A stretch of DNA of 38,270 bases from Escherichia phage BUCT618: sequence record OM735461.1; one strand, given 5' to 3'. The notes below the pieces were generated by a model. The model was not told the origin of the DNA, searched no databases, and was given only the letters and a program-made list of their open reading frames with translations. Positions 23,358 through 31,556 of this stretch are shown here, in pieces (the stretch's first letter is position 1; the number at the start of each line of letters is the position of its first letter). A program made the position numbers and the translations under genes.

Positions 23358-23885
23358 TCACAGCGCTGGCGAAGATGGCGCCACTGTTTCAATAGTAAGC
23401 ACATCGTCAGTTGATACCCACTGCCCTGTGACGTAAAACTGGCGCAGTCGGTAATCGTCAAATTCCGTCATTGGCGAGATATGGAAAACAACGTCTGACT
23501 GCCAGCGGGTGCGGTAAGCCTCATCACCCAACTCTGAAAGGTTTCTGGCCTGCCCGATGCTGATCAGCGCCATTCCCTCTGCTGCCAGTGCTCCGCGCGC
23601 CTCATAATAGTTTTTTAGTCCATGAAGCCCCATCAGCAAAGAATAGCCACCAGGACCATAAGCGTTCACGCTAACGGTTAGCTCTGAGTGGAACCAGTTT
23701 GTTTCCGTGAACGTCTCGTTATCAGCCTGCAGCACTCGCCTCTTCATCGGGCTGCGTTGCGGGATGATGGCCATTGGCTGAAACGTCATGTATACGCCAG
23801 TTGGACGCGGCCCGTTGTATGGCGCTTGCTTAACGACAGGCGTGAGGCGCTTAAGGAGTGCAGTCAATGCTGATTCAATACTCAC
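23358..23885 (-). CDS. Tail completion/neck protein (by position)
   Basis: 175-aa ORF between the head-tail joining genes and the sheath gene. Confidence 0.45.
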   Translation of the reverse strand: MSIESALTALLKRLTPVVKQAPYNGPRPTGVYMTFQPMAIIPQRSPMKRRVLQADNETFTETNWFHSELTVSVNAYGPGGYSLLMGLHGLKNYYEARGALAAEGMALISIGQARNLSELGDEAYRTRWQSDVVFHISPMTEFDDYRLRQFYVTGQWVSTDDVLTIETVAPSSPAL

Positions 23886-24274
23886 GAATCCCCCTGAATT
23901 TTCCGCACGGTGGCTTTGTAGTAATTGCCGAGGATGTCGCGGGTTTCCACCTTGATAACCTCGTATTCCTGACCCTCAAACTGGAAGCGGTCGGCATTAA
24001 CCTCATCAGTCCTGACGCGGACCGGAAAGGAGGTATAAATCTTCTGGATGTCCTGAATCTTCTGCCCGTCCGTGAATTGCATCAGTTCCTTTTCATTCAG
24101 TGGCTGCGGCGGCATTCCCTGGATTGTTTGCGTGGTCGACGTGCCTGGAACGTAAACCCCCTCGGAATTATCAGCCCCGGCAGAATATCGTATTAGGGTG
24201 TAGTTAATAAACTGATCGCCCCACACCTGATTAAAATCAAATAACATTATTCCTCCGGCTTGACGTATGCCCAT
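23882..24274 (-). CDS. Neck/tail terminator-like protein (by position)
   Basis: 130-aa ORF, coupled on both sides. Confidence 0.4.
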   Translation of the reverse strand: MGIRQAGGIMLFDFNQVWGDQFINYTLIRYSAGADNSEGVYVPGTSTTQTIQGMPPQPLNEKELMQFTDGQKIQDIQKIYTSFPVRVRTDEVNADRFQFEGQEYEVIKVETRDILGNYYKATVRKIQGDS

Positions 24275-24729
24275 CTGATTGAGCTTACCAGTTGCCCGGT
24301 ATCAATCAGCGGGTTATCTGATTTCTTCTTATCAATTGTGCTTTGCGCGTTTGGCGGTGACTTCAGTTGCACGATTGCCCGCTGCACATCCTGCTGCGCA
24401 ACCTCGCCAAGCCTGCCCATTGCCTGCCGCAGATTATAATTCTGTTCATTCATCACGCGAGCGGTAATCTTCCCCATGATGCCGATGTACTTCGCTTTCT
24501 CTTTCGCAAAGGTCGGTCGCAGCGTCGGGCGCTCAGGAATGCGTGATGTGCCAAATTCGTTCCACCAGTACACCTCTGCAACCGTTGTCCCAGTGGCGTG
24601 ACCCTGCTCATCCTTATGCGCTCCAGCGTCACCATGAACGCCAACAGCTACAGCGTGCGCACCGATGCGCCGCTGAATGTCGCGGATAGCGTTAGGATTG
24701 CGAATGACCAGTTTGTTTTTAGCAGCCAT
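24247..24729 (-). CDS. HK97 gp10-family head-tail joining protein
   Basis: WWNEFGTSRIPERPTLRPTF motif typical of the gp10 family. Confidence 0.65.
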   Translation of the reverse strand: MAAKNKLVIRNPNAIRDIQRRIGAHAVAVGVHGDAGAHKDEQGHATGTTVAEVYWWNEFGTSRIPERPTLRPTFAKEKAKYIGIMGKITARVMNEQNYNLRQAMGRLGEVAQQDVQRAIVQLKSPPNAQSTIDKKKSDNPLIDTGQLVSSIRWAYVKPEE

Positions 24730-25108
24730 AACCGGTTGCCGCTTCTGTCAGATATGGCCCAGCCCCGAACATGGTAATCAGGTTTTTGAACATCTGCCCG
24801 TAAGTCGTCCCATCCCACATTGAGCCATCAGAGCCAACGCCAATTGCCTGCCCTGATACGCTGACGTCACCAACCGTCCGCCCGGTAGTGACAACCGTAA
24901 CCGAACCGCCACCAGACTGACCAGTCGTCAGGTTGTAATTTGTCGCCAGCATGTGCGCCACATAGTAACCCTGCAGCACGTCGTAATATTCACCGTAGCA
25001 GCCGGTATATAAAACTGCGAACTCAGCAAGGTATCGCTGAATTACTTCATCCGGTACGTTAACAAACTCAGGGTATGAAGCACGAAATTTCGCAAGGTCT
25101 AGAGCCAT
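24719..25108 (-). CDS. Head-tail connector/adaptor protein (DUF4054-like)
   Basis: N-terminal LAKFRASYPEFVNVPDEVIQRYL resembles DUF4054 proteins. Position after the capsid genes. Confidence 0.5.
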   Translation of the reverse strand: MALDLAKFRASYPEFVNVPDEVIQRYLAEFAVLYTGCYGEYYDVLQGYYVAHMLATNYNLTTGQSGGGSVTVVTTGRTVGDVSVSGQAIGVGSDGSMWDGTTYGQMFKNLITMFGAGPYLTEAATGYGC

Positions 25109-25119
25109 ATTCCACCTGT

Positions 25120-25143
25120 AAAAAAGGGACGCCGTAGCATCCC
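25120..25143 (-). terminator. Rho-independent terminator/attenuator after the capsid genes
   Basis: Minus strand GGGATGC-tacg-GCGTCCC followed by TTTTTT. Confidence 0.7.
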
Positions 25144-25165
25144 TTTATTTTAACACGTCACCGGA

Positions 25166-25348
25166 TTATTTCTTAATCACGATGTAACCGGCATCAACGA
25201 GGTGCTTTTCGTTGCTTTCGATGAACGCCAGTTGTTCGGCAGTCACTTCGGTTTCAACGCCAGGAAGCAGACGCAGGTCGCCGGAGTAGTGAATGTTAGC
25301 GCGCTGGTTGGTAGCGGTAACTTTCTTGGTTGCTTTTACTTCAGCCAT
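25166..25348 (-). CDS. Small hypothetical head-associated protein
   Basis: 60-aa ORF immediately downstream of the major capsid gene. Confidence 0.5.
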   Translation of the reverse strand: MAEVKATKKVTATNQRANIHYSGDLRLLPGVETEVTAEQLAFIESNEKHLVDAGYIVIKK

Positions 25349-25350
25349 GA

Positions 25351-26379
25351 TTAAATCCCGTTAGTTACAGTAACAGACAGCGGGAAGTATACCACAACGC
25401 CAGCGGTTGCCAGGTAGCCATCCACCACAGTTGCCAGGTTGCGAGCTTCTGGCGGCATCATGGTAAACGGTTTTGGAACCTCAACGCCGAGCTTCTCGGA
25501 ATCGTTGCGATAGTGAATCATAGCGCTGTTGGTCTGACCGGTTCCCTGCGGACCCAGCCATTCCACGGTTTCAACCGTGATTTCCGGGTAGGATTTCTTG
25601 AAGCGCTCCATCGCATTCTCGCCGGTGTTATCGGTGAAGAATGTGGTGCGGGCACGCTCATAGCTCGCAGATGTCATGACGACGGTATCAGGACGCTCAG
25701 CGCCGATGGTGTCTGTCGCCTGCTGGGTAATTGGGTAAACCAGGTCAGCATAGATTTCTTCTGCTGTTTTAGTTGCCCAGGTCGATGTACCCTTCGCGCC
25801 GTTTGTTGCGGTGCGAGTGGTAACGTTCGGCGCGTTATACAGACCGGTAAGACCAGTTTCAGCATCGCCAACCCAGATGATCTGGTCCAGCTTCTGCTCT
25901 GCTGCATTTCGGATCGCCATACCCTTACGGTCAACGATATTCATGCCAGCAACGGTTGCTTTGGCGATTTCGAATACGCTGTAAATAATCGAGCCACCGA
26001 ATGCACGGATGTTTACAACCTTCTTCTCGCCAGTGACCTCGATGTTTGGCAGGTCGTCGGCGTAGTTGGTGATGTGCTCCAGCATACCAACGCGGTCAGC
26101 GACAGTGTAGGCAAACTCTTCAGCACCGAATGGCGCTTCGTTCTGCATAGGCAGCAGGTTTTTACCCTTGAATTGCGGGTATGCCTTCTCCCGGATGCGG
26201 TTAGACATCGCCTGCAACTGCTGCGCAAAGATAACACCGGTTGCGGCATCAGCACGGAAGCCAAGCTGTTGCACATCCAGCGCTTTAGATACCAGGCTCG
26301 CCAGCATGGTAGGAGTGGTTTCCCAGCCCGCATCCAGCTTCACGCCCTTAAGATGATCCAGTCGTAAATTGATATTCAT
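25351..26379 (-). CDS. Major capsid protein
   Basis: 342 aa. Position after the scaffold and decoration genes and before a terminator. No TTA/CTA/TCA across codons 5-288, the span covered by the register-frame antisense ORF 25513-26367. Confidence 0.75.
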   Translation of the reverse strand: MNINLRLDHLKGVKLDAGWETTPTMLASLVSKALDVQQLGFRADAATGVIFAQQLQAMSNRIREKAYPQFKGKNLLPMQNEAPFGAEEFAYTVADRVGMLEHITNYADDLPNIEVTGEKKVVNIRAFGGSIIYSVFEIAKATVAGMNIVDRKGMAIRNAAEQKLDQIIWVGDAETGLTGLYNAPNVTTRTATNGAKGTSTWATKTAEEIYADLVYPITQQATDTIGAERPDTVVMTSASYERARTTFFTDNTGENAMERFKKSYPEITVETVEWLGPQGTGQTNSAMIHYRNDSEKLGVEVPKPFTMMPPEARNLATVVDGYLATAGVVVYFPLSVTVTNGI

Positions 26380-26392
26380 TTATAATCCCCTG

Positions 26393-26866
26393 TTAGGCAG
26401 CTGGTGCGGTGGTGGCAGGTTTCAGGTTGACAATCGCAACGCCTGCACCAGTGGTGGAGGTGTCGAAGATGCCTACCGGTCGTGTTGCTGCTGAGGCTGC
26501 AACGTTGGTGAATCCAGAGCCATCAGTGAGGGCGTAGGCCAGCTCACCCTGATTCACAGCTGCCTTAACAGTTACCCACACCGGGCCATCGGTCACAACA
26601 GAAACGTCTTTGCCGATTGCGTGAACCTGCTCGGTTGCGCCATCAGCGGCAACCCAGGTGGCTTCCCAGCGAACCACGCCGATAACCACATCGTTGGCAG
26701 AAGATACCGGCTTAACTTTGTGGTCGTTGTTATCACGCACAGCAGCCTGACCTGCTTTGATAGCAGCAGATGCGATACGGCTGACGGTCTGCGTCATTCG
26801 TGCGTCCGCAACCATGCCAGGGGAGTACGGCTGTGGAGTTAAGGAATAGGTGTTATTAAGCGCCAT
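26393..26866 (-). CDS. Head decoration/structural protein (DUF2190-like by position)
   Basis: 157-aa ORF between the scaffold and capsid genes. Confidence 0.5.
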   Translation of the reverse strand: MALNNTYSLTPQPYSPGMVADARMTQTVSRIASAAIKAGQAAVRDNNDHKVKPVSSANDVVIGVVRWEATWVAADGATEQVHAIGKDVSVVTDGPVWVTVKAAVNQGELAYALTDGSGFTNVAASAATRPVGIFDTSTTGAGVAIVNLKPATTAPAA

Positions 26867-28137
26867 TATGCTTTCCCCGCGTAGAATTTAGCGTTATATG
26901 CGGCCTGACCAGACTCTTCGCGAGAGTTGAACATGCCATCAAGATTCAGACCCTGGCGCTGAGTGCGCAGGCTGTCGGTGCGATTCTTCAGGCCATCTAC
27001 TGCGGCATCGAATCGACCGCTGATATAGGCATCGGACTTGCCATCAGCATTGAAGCCGGATTTTGCGGCAATGAGCGCCTCAACCTGGATTTCGCGAGCA
27101 GTTTTCACGCGCTTGCCATCCATGTGGCTGATGCCCGGTTTCAGTTTTTTGGCATCCTCGATGATTCGCAGCATTTTGCTGAGGGAGTCGGTTTTCTGCT
27201 CCGGGTCGGTGTCGGTGTCTTCATCCACCTTATCCGGGCATTCTTCATCCATTAAGGAATCAGGAGTGTCGCCGCTTACCGCGTCAGCCAGCTCATCCAG
27301 CTGAGCCTGAAGGGTGTCTACCGCTTCGGAAACGCTGGCTACTGCGTTTTCTACCGCCGGAACATCGACTTCCACCACTTCCTTGTTCTCGTCGTCGGCA
27401 TCTTTAATGATGTCGTCAGCGTCTAGCTTAAGTTTTGGAGCGATGGCTTTTACCAGCTTTTTCAGCTGACCTGTAGCGGAATCAAGGCGCTTGCCCTGCT
27501 TCGCCAGCGCCGCGTTGATGGTCGCTGCCGTAGCTGCATCTGCAACTTCAACAGTGCCGCCGCCGGGCAGTTTGATTTGAGTCATTGATTTCTCCTCGTT
27601 ATTCGGCACATGTGCGCCATCAAAACGCAGTGAACAGATTGAGCCACCTCGCGCGGCATCCACGATGGCCTGATGGTTATAGCGCCGATTGCGCTGGACA
27701 CGGTCATACTTCTGGCCCTGCCATTCGCCCGGCGTTTCATCAAGGTCAACGGAATAACCCGGAGAAAGCTCAGTTACACCGCCGTATTCTACAGCATGTA
27801 AAGCCTCGTTGCCAATTACCAGCATTGACGCAACAAGATTGTCACCATCACGCTTTGGCATCCCGTTAACGCTGCCCTGTGAATACTGTTTGTAATTGGA
27901 TGGCGTAACCATTTCAGGTGGGTGCTGCAAAGTCACCGGAGCGCCAGCCAGGGACTTCAGCGATTCCTCATCAAACAGCGTCTCCTCTGGCACAAATTCA
28001 CGGATAATCGTGCCATCATCTTCCATATACTCAAGAATGCCGACATGAGCCACCACGCCATCAATGCGCAGGTATCCGTTTTCGTCAATCTTTGAGGTGA
28101 TTCTACCGCCTTTGTCGATGCGATAATCTTTTTTCAT
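26866..28137 (-). CDS. Scaffolding/prohead protease-like protein (DUF2213-like)
   Basis: N-terminal GYLRIDGVVAHVGILEY.. and ..LSPGYSVDL... Acidic coiled-coil centre. Confidence 0.6.
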   Translation of the reverse strand: MKKDYRIDKGGRITSKIDENGYLRIDGVVAHVGILEYMEDDGTIIREFVPEETLFDEESLKSLAGAPVTLQHPPEMVTPSNYKQYSQGSVNGMPKRDGDNLVASMLVIGNEALHAVEYGGVTELSPGYSVDLDETPGEWQGQKYDRVQRNRRYNHQAIVDAARGGSICSLRFDGAHVPNNEEKSMTQIKLPGGGTVEVADAATAATINAALAKQGKRLDSATGQLKKLVKAIAPKLKLDADDIIKDADDENKEVVEVDVPAVENAVASVSEAVDTLQAQLDELADAVSGDTPDSLMDEECPDKVDEDTDTDPEQKTDSLSKMLRIIEDAKKLKPGISHMDGKRVKTAREIQVEALIAAKSGFNADGKSDAYISGRFDAAVDGLKNRTDSLRTQRQGLNLDGMFNSREESGQAAYNAKFYAGKA

Positions 28138-28145
28138 TTTTTACC

Positions 28146-28991
28146 TCAGAACTCAATTACATTACTTGCGTAGCAGCGGCAGTTTATTGCCTGCCCTGGA
28201 AAAGTATCGCGAGCACCAGCACCATCTGACCAGTTATACGTCTTGCCGTTACGCGCATAGTGCGATGGTTTGGCTTTCGGGTATCGGCCTGATGGGTTTC
28301 CTCGCACCCGCTGGTCTTCCATCGTGCGCCATACGAATTGCTTGATTTCCAGGTCTGCCGCACGTTGCTTTGTTACCTGCATATTCATAGTGGCGACCTG
28401 GTCACGGGCAATCAGGTCGGCGCGTCGTTTAGCAACCCCGGTTTCGGCCCGAATGTTTTTGCTGATGTCGCGCCATGACAGGCCATCGCGAAATCCAGAG
28501 TTAACGGCAGTTGTAATCTTGCTCAGGTAGCTTTGCGTCAGATTGGTAATCAGCGCAGTATTTTCCTCAGCCCATGCGTCAATATTTGCGCTCATGTCAG
28601 TTCCTGGCAATGCCACGTTGACGCCAATGGCCTGGTTGATTGCTTTCTGCCAGTTACCATCAATTGCCGAACGAATAGAATCGCCAATGTTGCGCACGAA
28701 TGACAGTCCCGGAATATTACCCGTTGCCAGTGAGCGAATAGCTCGCAGAACAGCAGACAGGTCATCAACCCGATAACCATCCTCACGCGCCGCAATCTCT
28801 GCTTTTAATTCATCAGCGATGCGGGTTTTCAGCTCGGCATTAATGCCGTCAATGATGCCGCGCAGCATCTTCGCGTACTGCTGTTCAATCCGTACAGGGT
28901 GACGGGCTGGCAGCAGAACCTTACGCTTCCGCTTGTCAGGCTTCAGTGCTTCCAGTTGTTTCTGAAATTCCGTTTGTGCCATTTTCGCCAC
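28146..28991 (-). CDS. Head morphogenesis protein (SPP1 gp7 / Mu F family)
   Basis: C-terminal ..FPGQAINCRCYA signature. Follows the portal gene and overlaps its 3' end. Confidence 0.75.
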   Translation of the reverse strand: MAKMAQTEFQKQLEALKPDKRKRKVLLPARHPVRIEQQYAKMLRGIIDGINAELKTRIADELKAEIAAREDGYRVDDLSAVLRAIRSLATGNIPGLSFVRNIGDSIRSAIDGNWQKAINQAIGVNVALPGTDMSANIDAWAEENTALITNLTQSYLSKITTAVNSGFRDGLSWRDISKNIRAETGVAKRRADLIARDQVATMNMQVTKQRAADLEIKQFVWRTMEDQRVRGNPSGRYPKAKPSHYARNGKTYNWSDGAGARDTFPGQAINCRCYASNVIEF

Positions 28992-30303
28992 CGAGTGAGT
29001 TAAGACCTAACGGATCCTGTTCTTCTTCATCCTCCGGCAATTCTTCCAGCGAGAACAGGCCAGTATCGTTGGCCAGATTGCGCACCTCGTTAGGCGTGAG
29101 CGCAGCAGATTGCTCAAGCGTTGAAATTGCCGTCGCTACCGATGCCATCGAGGTTGCTTTCTTGTCTGGTGACATCGCACTAAGTTCTGCCCACCGCCAG
29201 TCGAAGTCCAGTCCGGTCTGCATCTTCACGTTATCAATGCATGACTGCACCAGCGCAGACGGATCGCCTTCCTGAATCGCGGCAATCTTGTCGTAGTAAA
29301 CCGACAGGATTTCCTCCTGGCTGGCATTCAGCCCTGCAGGAGATTTCCCGAACAGCATCATTTCGGAAAGGCCAGTCGCGCCAGCTACCGCAGTGGCAAA
29401 GCGGTCAACGAAGTCGGGGATTCCCTGGAGTGATCGGTTAACGAACTCGAATGACTCTTCCTTATCGACAACCGCCGCCCGGTAGATTGACTTACCCTGG
29501 TTGAAGGCGTTTGCACGGTTCATTACTGCCTGCGATGCCGTCATCCCCATTGATTGCGCAGCTGTCAGGTTAGGCACGGAAAGAATGCCAACCCCTGACT
29601 CTTTCAGCAGGAATGAAGCATCCTGTAATGTCTCGTTGTATGCGGCAATTGCCGACCATGCCATCGCAACATAAGAGCCACCCCATCCCTGCAGTTCAAT
29701 CTGGGTATCGTAAGGAACCGGGCAGCCATAGAAAGGCGCAATGCGGTCGCGGTGATACGTCACGCCGTTGCGAGCCACATAATTCAGTGCACGCCCATAA
29801 TGCGGGGACTCAGGGTCAAGGTCGATTTCATCAACACTTAATGACCAGCGGTCGAGCGGCACCAGGTCAATGATGGCCGCCGTTTCTGATGGGGGTGATT
29901 CTGGCGGGCGAGAATCGTCGTAAACCTTCAGCACGCCAGCACCACCGAACAGGCGTGACCAGGCGATACCCTTGCGAACTGCCGCGCGCAGACCAATCTC
30001 ATCAAGCATGGTTTCAACGCGCTTTTTGTCCTCACCATCCAGACCGGTGATTTCGATAAACTTGCGTGTCGCATCCTCTGCGGGGAGGTCGCAGATTTTA
30101 CGCGCCAGCCAGTCCGACAAATAGATGTTAGTCAGCACCTGCTGATTGTTGTGCATCAGGTGCGCAAATGCAGGAGACAGAACTTGCCCGAGGCTCTTGT
30201 CGATGCCAGGAATACCCTGCCCGGATATTGGGTTAGCCCACGCATCAACGCGGTAAGACATGCTGCCGTCATTATGCAGCTTGAGGTGGGGCTTCTTAGC
30301 CAT
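28936..30303 (-). CDS. Portal protein (DUF1073-type)
   Basis: 455 aa, first gene of the head module, acidic C-terminus. SD GAGGGA. Confidence 0.75.
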   Translation of the reverse strand: MAKKPHLKLHNDGSMSYRVDAWANPISGQGIPGIDKSLGQVLSPAFAHLMHNNQQVLTNIYLSDWLARKICDLPAEDATRKFIEITGLDGEDKKRVETMLDEIGLRAAVRKGIAWSRLFGGAGVLKVYDDSRPPESPPSETAAIIDLVPLDRWSLSVDEIDLDPESPHYGRALNYVARNGVTYHRDRIAPFYGCPVPYDTQIELQGWGGSYVAMAWSAIAAYNETLQDASFLLKESGVGILSVPNLTAAQSMGMTASQAVMNRANAFNQGKSIYRAAVVDKEESFEFVNRSLQGIPDFVDRFATAVAGATGLSEMMLFGKSPAGLNASQEEILSVYYDKIAAIQEGDPSALVQSCIDNVKMQTGLDFDWRWAELSAMSPDKKATSMASVATAISTLEQSAALTPNEVRNLANDTGLFSLEELPEDEEEQDPLGLNSLGGENGTNGISETTGSTEA

Positions 30304-30330
30304 TATCAGTCCCTCATGAAAATTAACGTC

Positions 30331-30339
30331 AGTATATCA
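30331..30339 (-). promoter_or_regulatory. Candidate extended -10 promoter (GTGATATACT) for the head operon
   Basis: TG-a-TATACT on the minus strand, about 28 nt upstream of the portal ATG and just after the terminator at 30355-30382. Confidence 0.4.
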
Positions 30340-30354
30340 CGGAGGATTGGATAA

Positions 30355-30382
30355 GAAAAAACCCGCCGAAGCGGGTCTTTTT
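30355..30382. terminator. Rho-independent terminator (bidirectional shape) ending the tRNA transcription unit
   Basis: AAAAAA-ACCCGC-cgaa-GCGGGT-CTTTTT. On the minus strand it follows the tRNA CCA end by 5 nt. Confidence 0.75.
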
Positions 30383-30386
30383 GATT

Positions 30387-30463
30387 TGGCGCACACGGAC
30401 GGATTTGAACCTTCAATCAGCCGATTATAAGTCGGTTGCTTTAACCAATTAAGCTACGCATGC
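30387..30463 (-). tRNA. tRNA with anticodon UAU (Ile, AUA codon), CCA encoded
   Basis: Manual cloverleaf. Acceptor GCAUGCG/CGUGUGC (two G-U pairs). D arm GCUU/AAGC with GG in the loop. Anticodon loop C-U-UAU-A-A. T loop UUCAAAU. One A-C mismatch and one A-G mismatch in the stems. Confidence 0.8.
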
Positions 30464-30498
30464 GAAATTTGCTGGTTTAAGCATTGCCAGCGTGCTTT

Positions 30499-30564
30499 CT
30501 TAATATCCAGCCCCGTAACCCATACATACCCCTACATATGATTGCGATAACGCTGGATATTAAG
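30499..30564. repeat. 13-bp perfect inverted repeat (CTTAATATCCAGC / GCTGGATATTAAG) with a 40-nt loop, 35 nt upstream of the tRNA
   Basis: Arms at 30499-30511 and 30552-30564. The loop (minus-strand sense) contains the tandem TATGTAGGGG TATGTATGGG and three or four G-tracts. Confidence 0.7.
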
Positions 30565-30793
30565 TGTTGCGGCGTTTCGCGATTAACTGAAACTGGCATA
30601 ACAATGGATGCAACCCTATCAAAATAATCAATTTGGCATTACCACAACGGCAAGAGCACTGCATGGTTTTACCATTACATCCGAAGATTTATCTGGTGTA
30701 GTCAATGCCCTTGCCTGTTGTGTGCCGGTTACGCGTCCGGCGTCAACCAAGTTGACCGATTCACAGACACAACGGGAGCAACGTTGTGATGTA

Positions 30794-30822
30794 AGTATCA
30801 CCCAATCTGATTATCGTGTCAA
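30794..30822 (-). promoter_or_regulatory. Sigma70-like promoter of the tRNA unit (GGTTGACAC-N17-GATACT)
   Basis: TTGACA at 30822..30817 (contains the o-spanin TGA stop) and GATACT at 30799..30794. Confidence 0.55.
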
Positions 30823-31049
30823 CCTTTCCGCGATGGCATTTTGTCGTCGTTGCACTTTTTCTTCCACGTTTCGTTGTGGGTCAGAATCTGGCGCAGCGTA
30901 CCATCGGTCATATGGTCGATTTCAGTGCGGTCCAGCCAGATTGGGTGCACCCAGTAGCAGCTGGTGTCAATTACCTGGACGGGTCCATTCGTCGCGCAGC
31001 TTGTCGCGGACAGAGCCAGGATTGCTGCGCAGAACTTCATCTTTAACAT
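30819..31049 (-). CDS. Outer-membrane spanin (Rz1-like lipoprotein), overlapped arrangement
   Basis: Signal-like MKFCAAILALSATS-C. Starts inside the i-spanin gene in another frame and extends past its stop. Confidence 0.55.
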   Translation of the reverse strand: MLKMKFCAAILALSATSCATNGPVQVIDTSCYWVHPIWLDRTEIDHMTDGTLRQILTHNETWKKKCNDDKMPSRKG

Positions 31050-31230
31050 CGTTTGCCACCTTAACGGATTCTGTGCGGGCTTTCTCTTGTGCCAATGCCT
31101 GTTGCGCCTGCTGGATGTATGATTTAGATTTCTGCTCTGACTTACCGCGAGACTTACCGCCGAGCCAGAGTCCGACAGCGCCGATGATTAGCGCGGTGAT
31201 TGCGCCGATGATGGTGCTCAGGGTTATCAT
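30967..31230 (-). CDS. Inner-membrane spanin (Rz-like)
   Basis: N-terminal TM helix IIGAITALIIGAVGLWLGG followed by a charged coiled coil. Last position in the lysis cassette. Confidence 0.65.
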   Translation of the reverse strand: MITLSTIIGAITALIIGAVGLWLGGKSRGKSEQKSKSYIQQAQQALAQEKARTESVKVANDVKDEVLRSNPGSVRDKLRDEWTRPGN

Positions 31231-31263
31231 TTATCAGCCTCCTGAAACCTTTCTGCCTTCCGG

Positions 31264-31488
31264 TTATCCAGCGGTCGAATCATCTTTCTTCTCCCTCACG
31301 GCAATCAGCTTGTTAACGGAGTTGCCAGCAACGACGACGGCGAGGTAAATGCCGAACATATCTGTCGTCAGCGTGTTCTGATATGCCTGCCAGACGATGA
31401 CGCCTGACGCAATCATGACGCCGATGAACTGGCATGTTTTTGACAGAGAAAAGTCGCCGACTGGCGAGGTTAGCAGGTCTTTAAGCAT
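31264..31488 (-). CDS. Holin (two predicted TM helices, charged C-terminus)
   Basis: 74 aa with CQFIGVMIASGVIVWQAY and MFGIYLAVVVAGNSV. Sits between the endolysin and the spanins. Confidence 0.6.
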   Translation of the reverse strand: MLKDLLTSPVGDFSLSKTCQFIGVMIASGVIVWQAYQNTLTTDMFGIYLAVVVAGNSVNKLIAVREKKDDSTAG

Positions 31489-31552
31489 CGGTTCCCCAGA
31501 ATAGCGCGACCAGGATTAGCACTACTGTAGCACCAATACAGACCTCGACCAA
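31481..31552 (-). CDS. Possible 23-aa single-TM peptide between endolysin and holin (TTG start)
   Basis: (M)VEVCIGATVVLILVALFWGTDA. Its TAA overlaps the holin ATG region. No clear SD. Confidence 0.2.
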   Translation of the reverse strand: MVEVCIGATVVLILVALFWGTDA

Positions 31553-31556
31553 ATAA

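Noticed and set aside
25513-26367. 284-aa plus-strand ORF antisense to the major capsid gene.
   Set aside because: It lies in exact codon register with the capsid gene, where antisense stops arise only from TTA, CTA or TCA. A highly expressed gene that avoids these rare codons leaves the antisense frame open automatically. The translation is low-complexity and has no motifs. This also shows that an open antisense frame alone is not evidence of coding. The HNH call in terL rests on domain content instead.
30608-31348. 246-aa plus-strand ORF spanning the tRNA leader, spanins and holin.
   Set aside because: It is antisense to three well-supported lysis genes. Its composition is Ser/Arg/Cys-rich junk, with no start signals.
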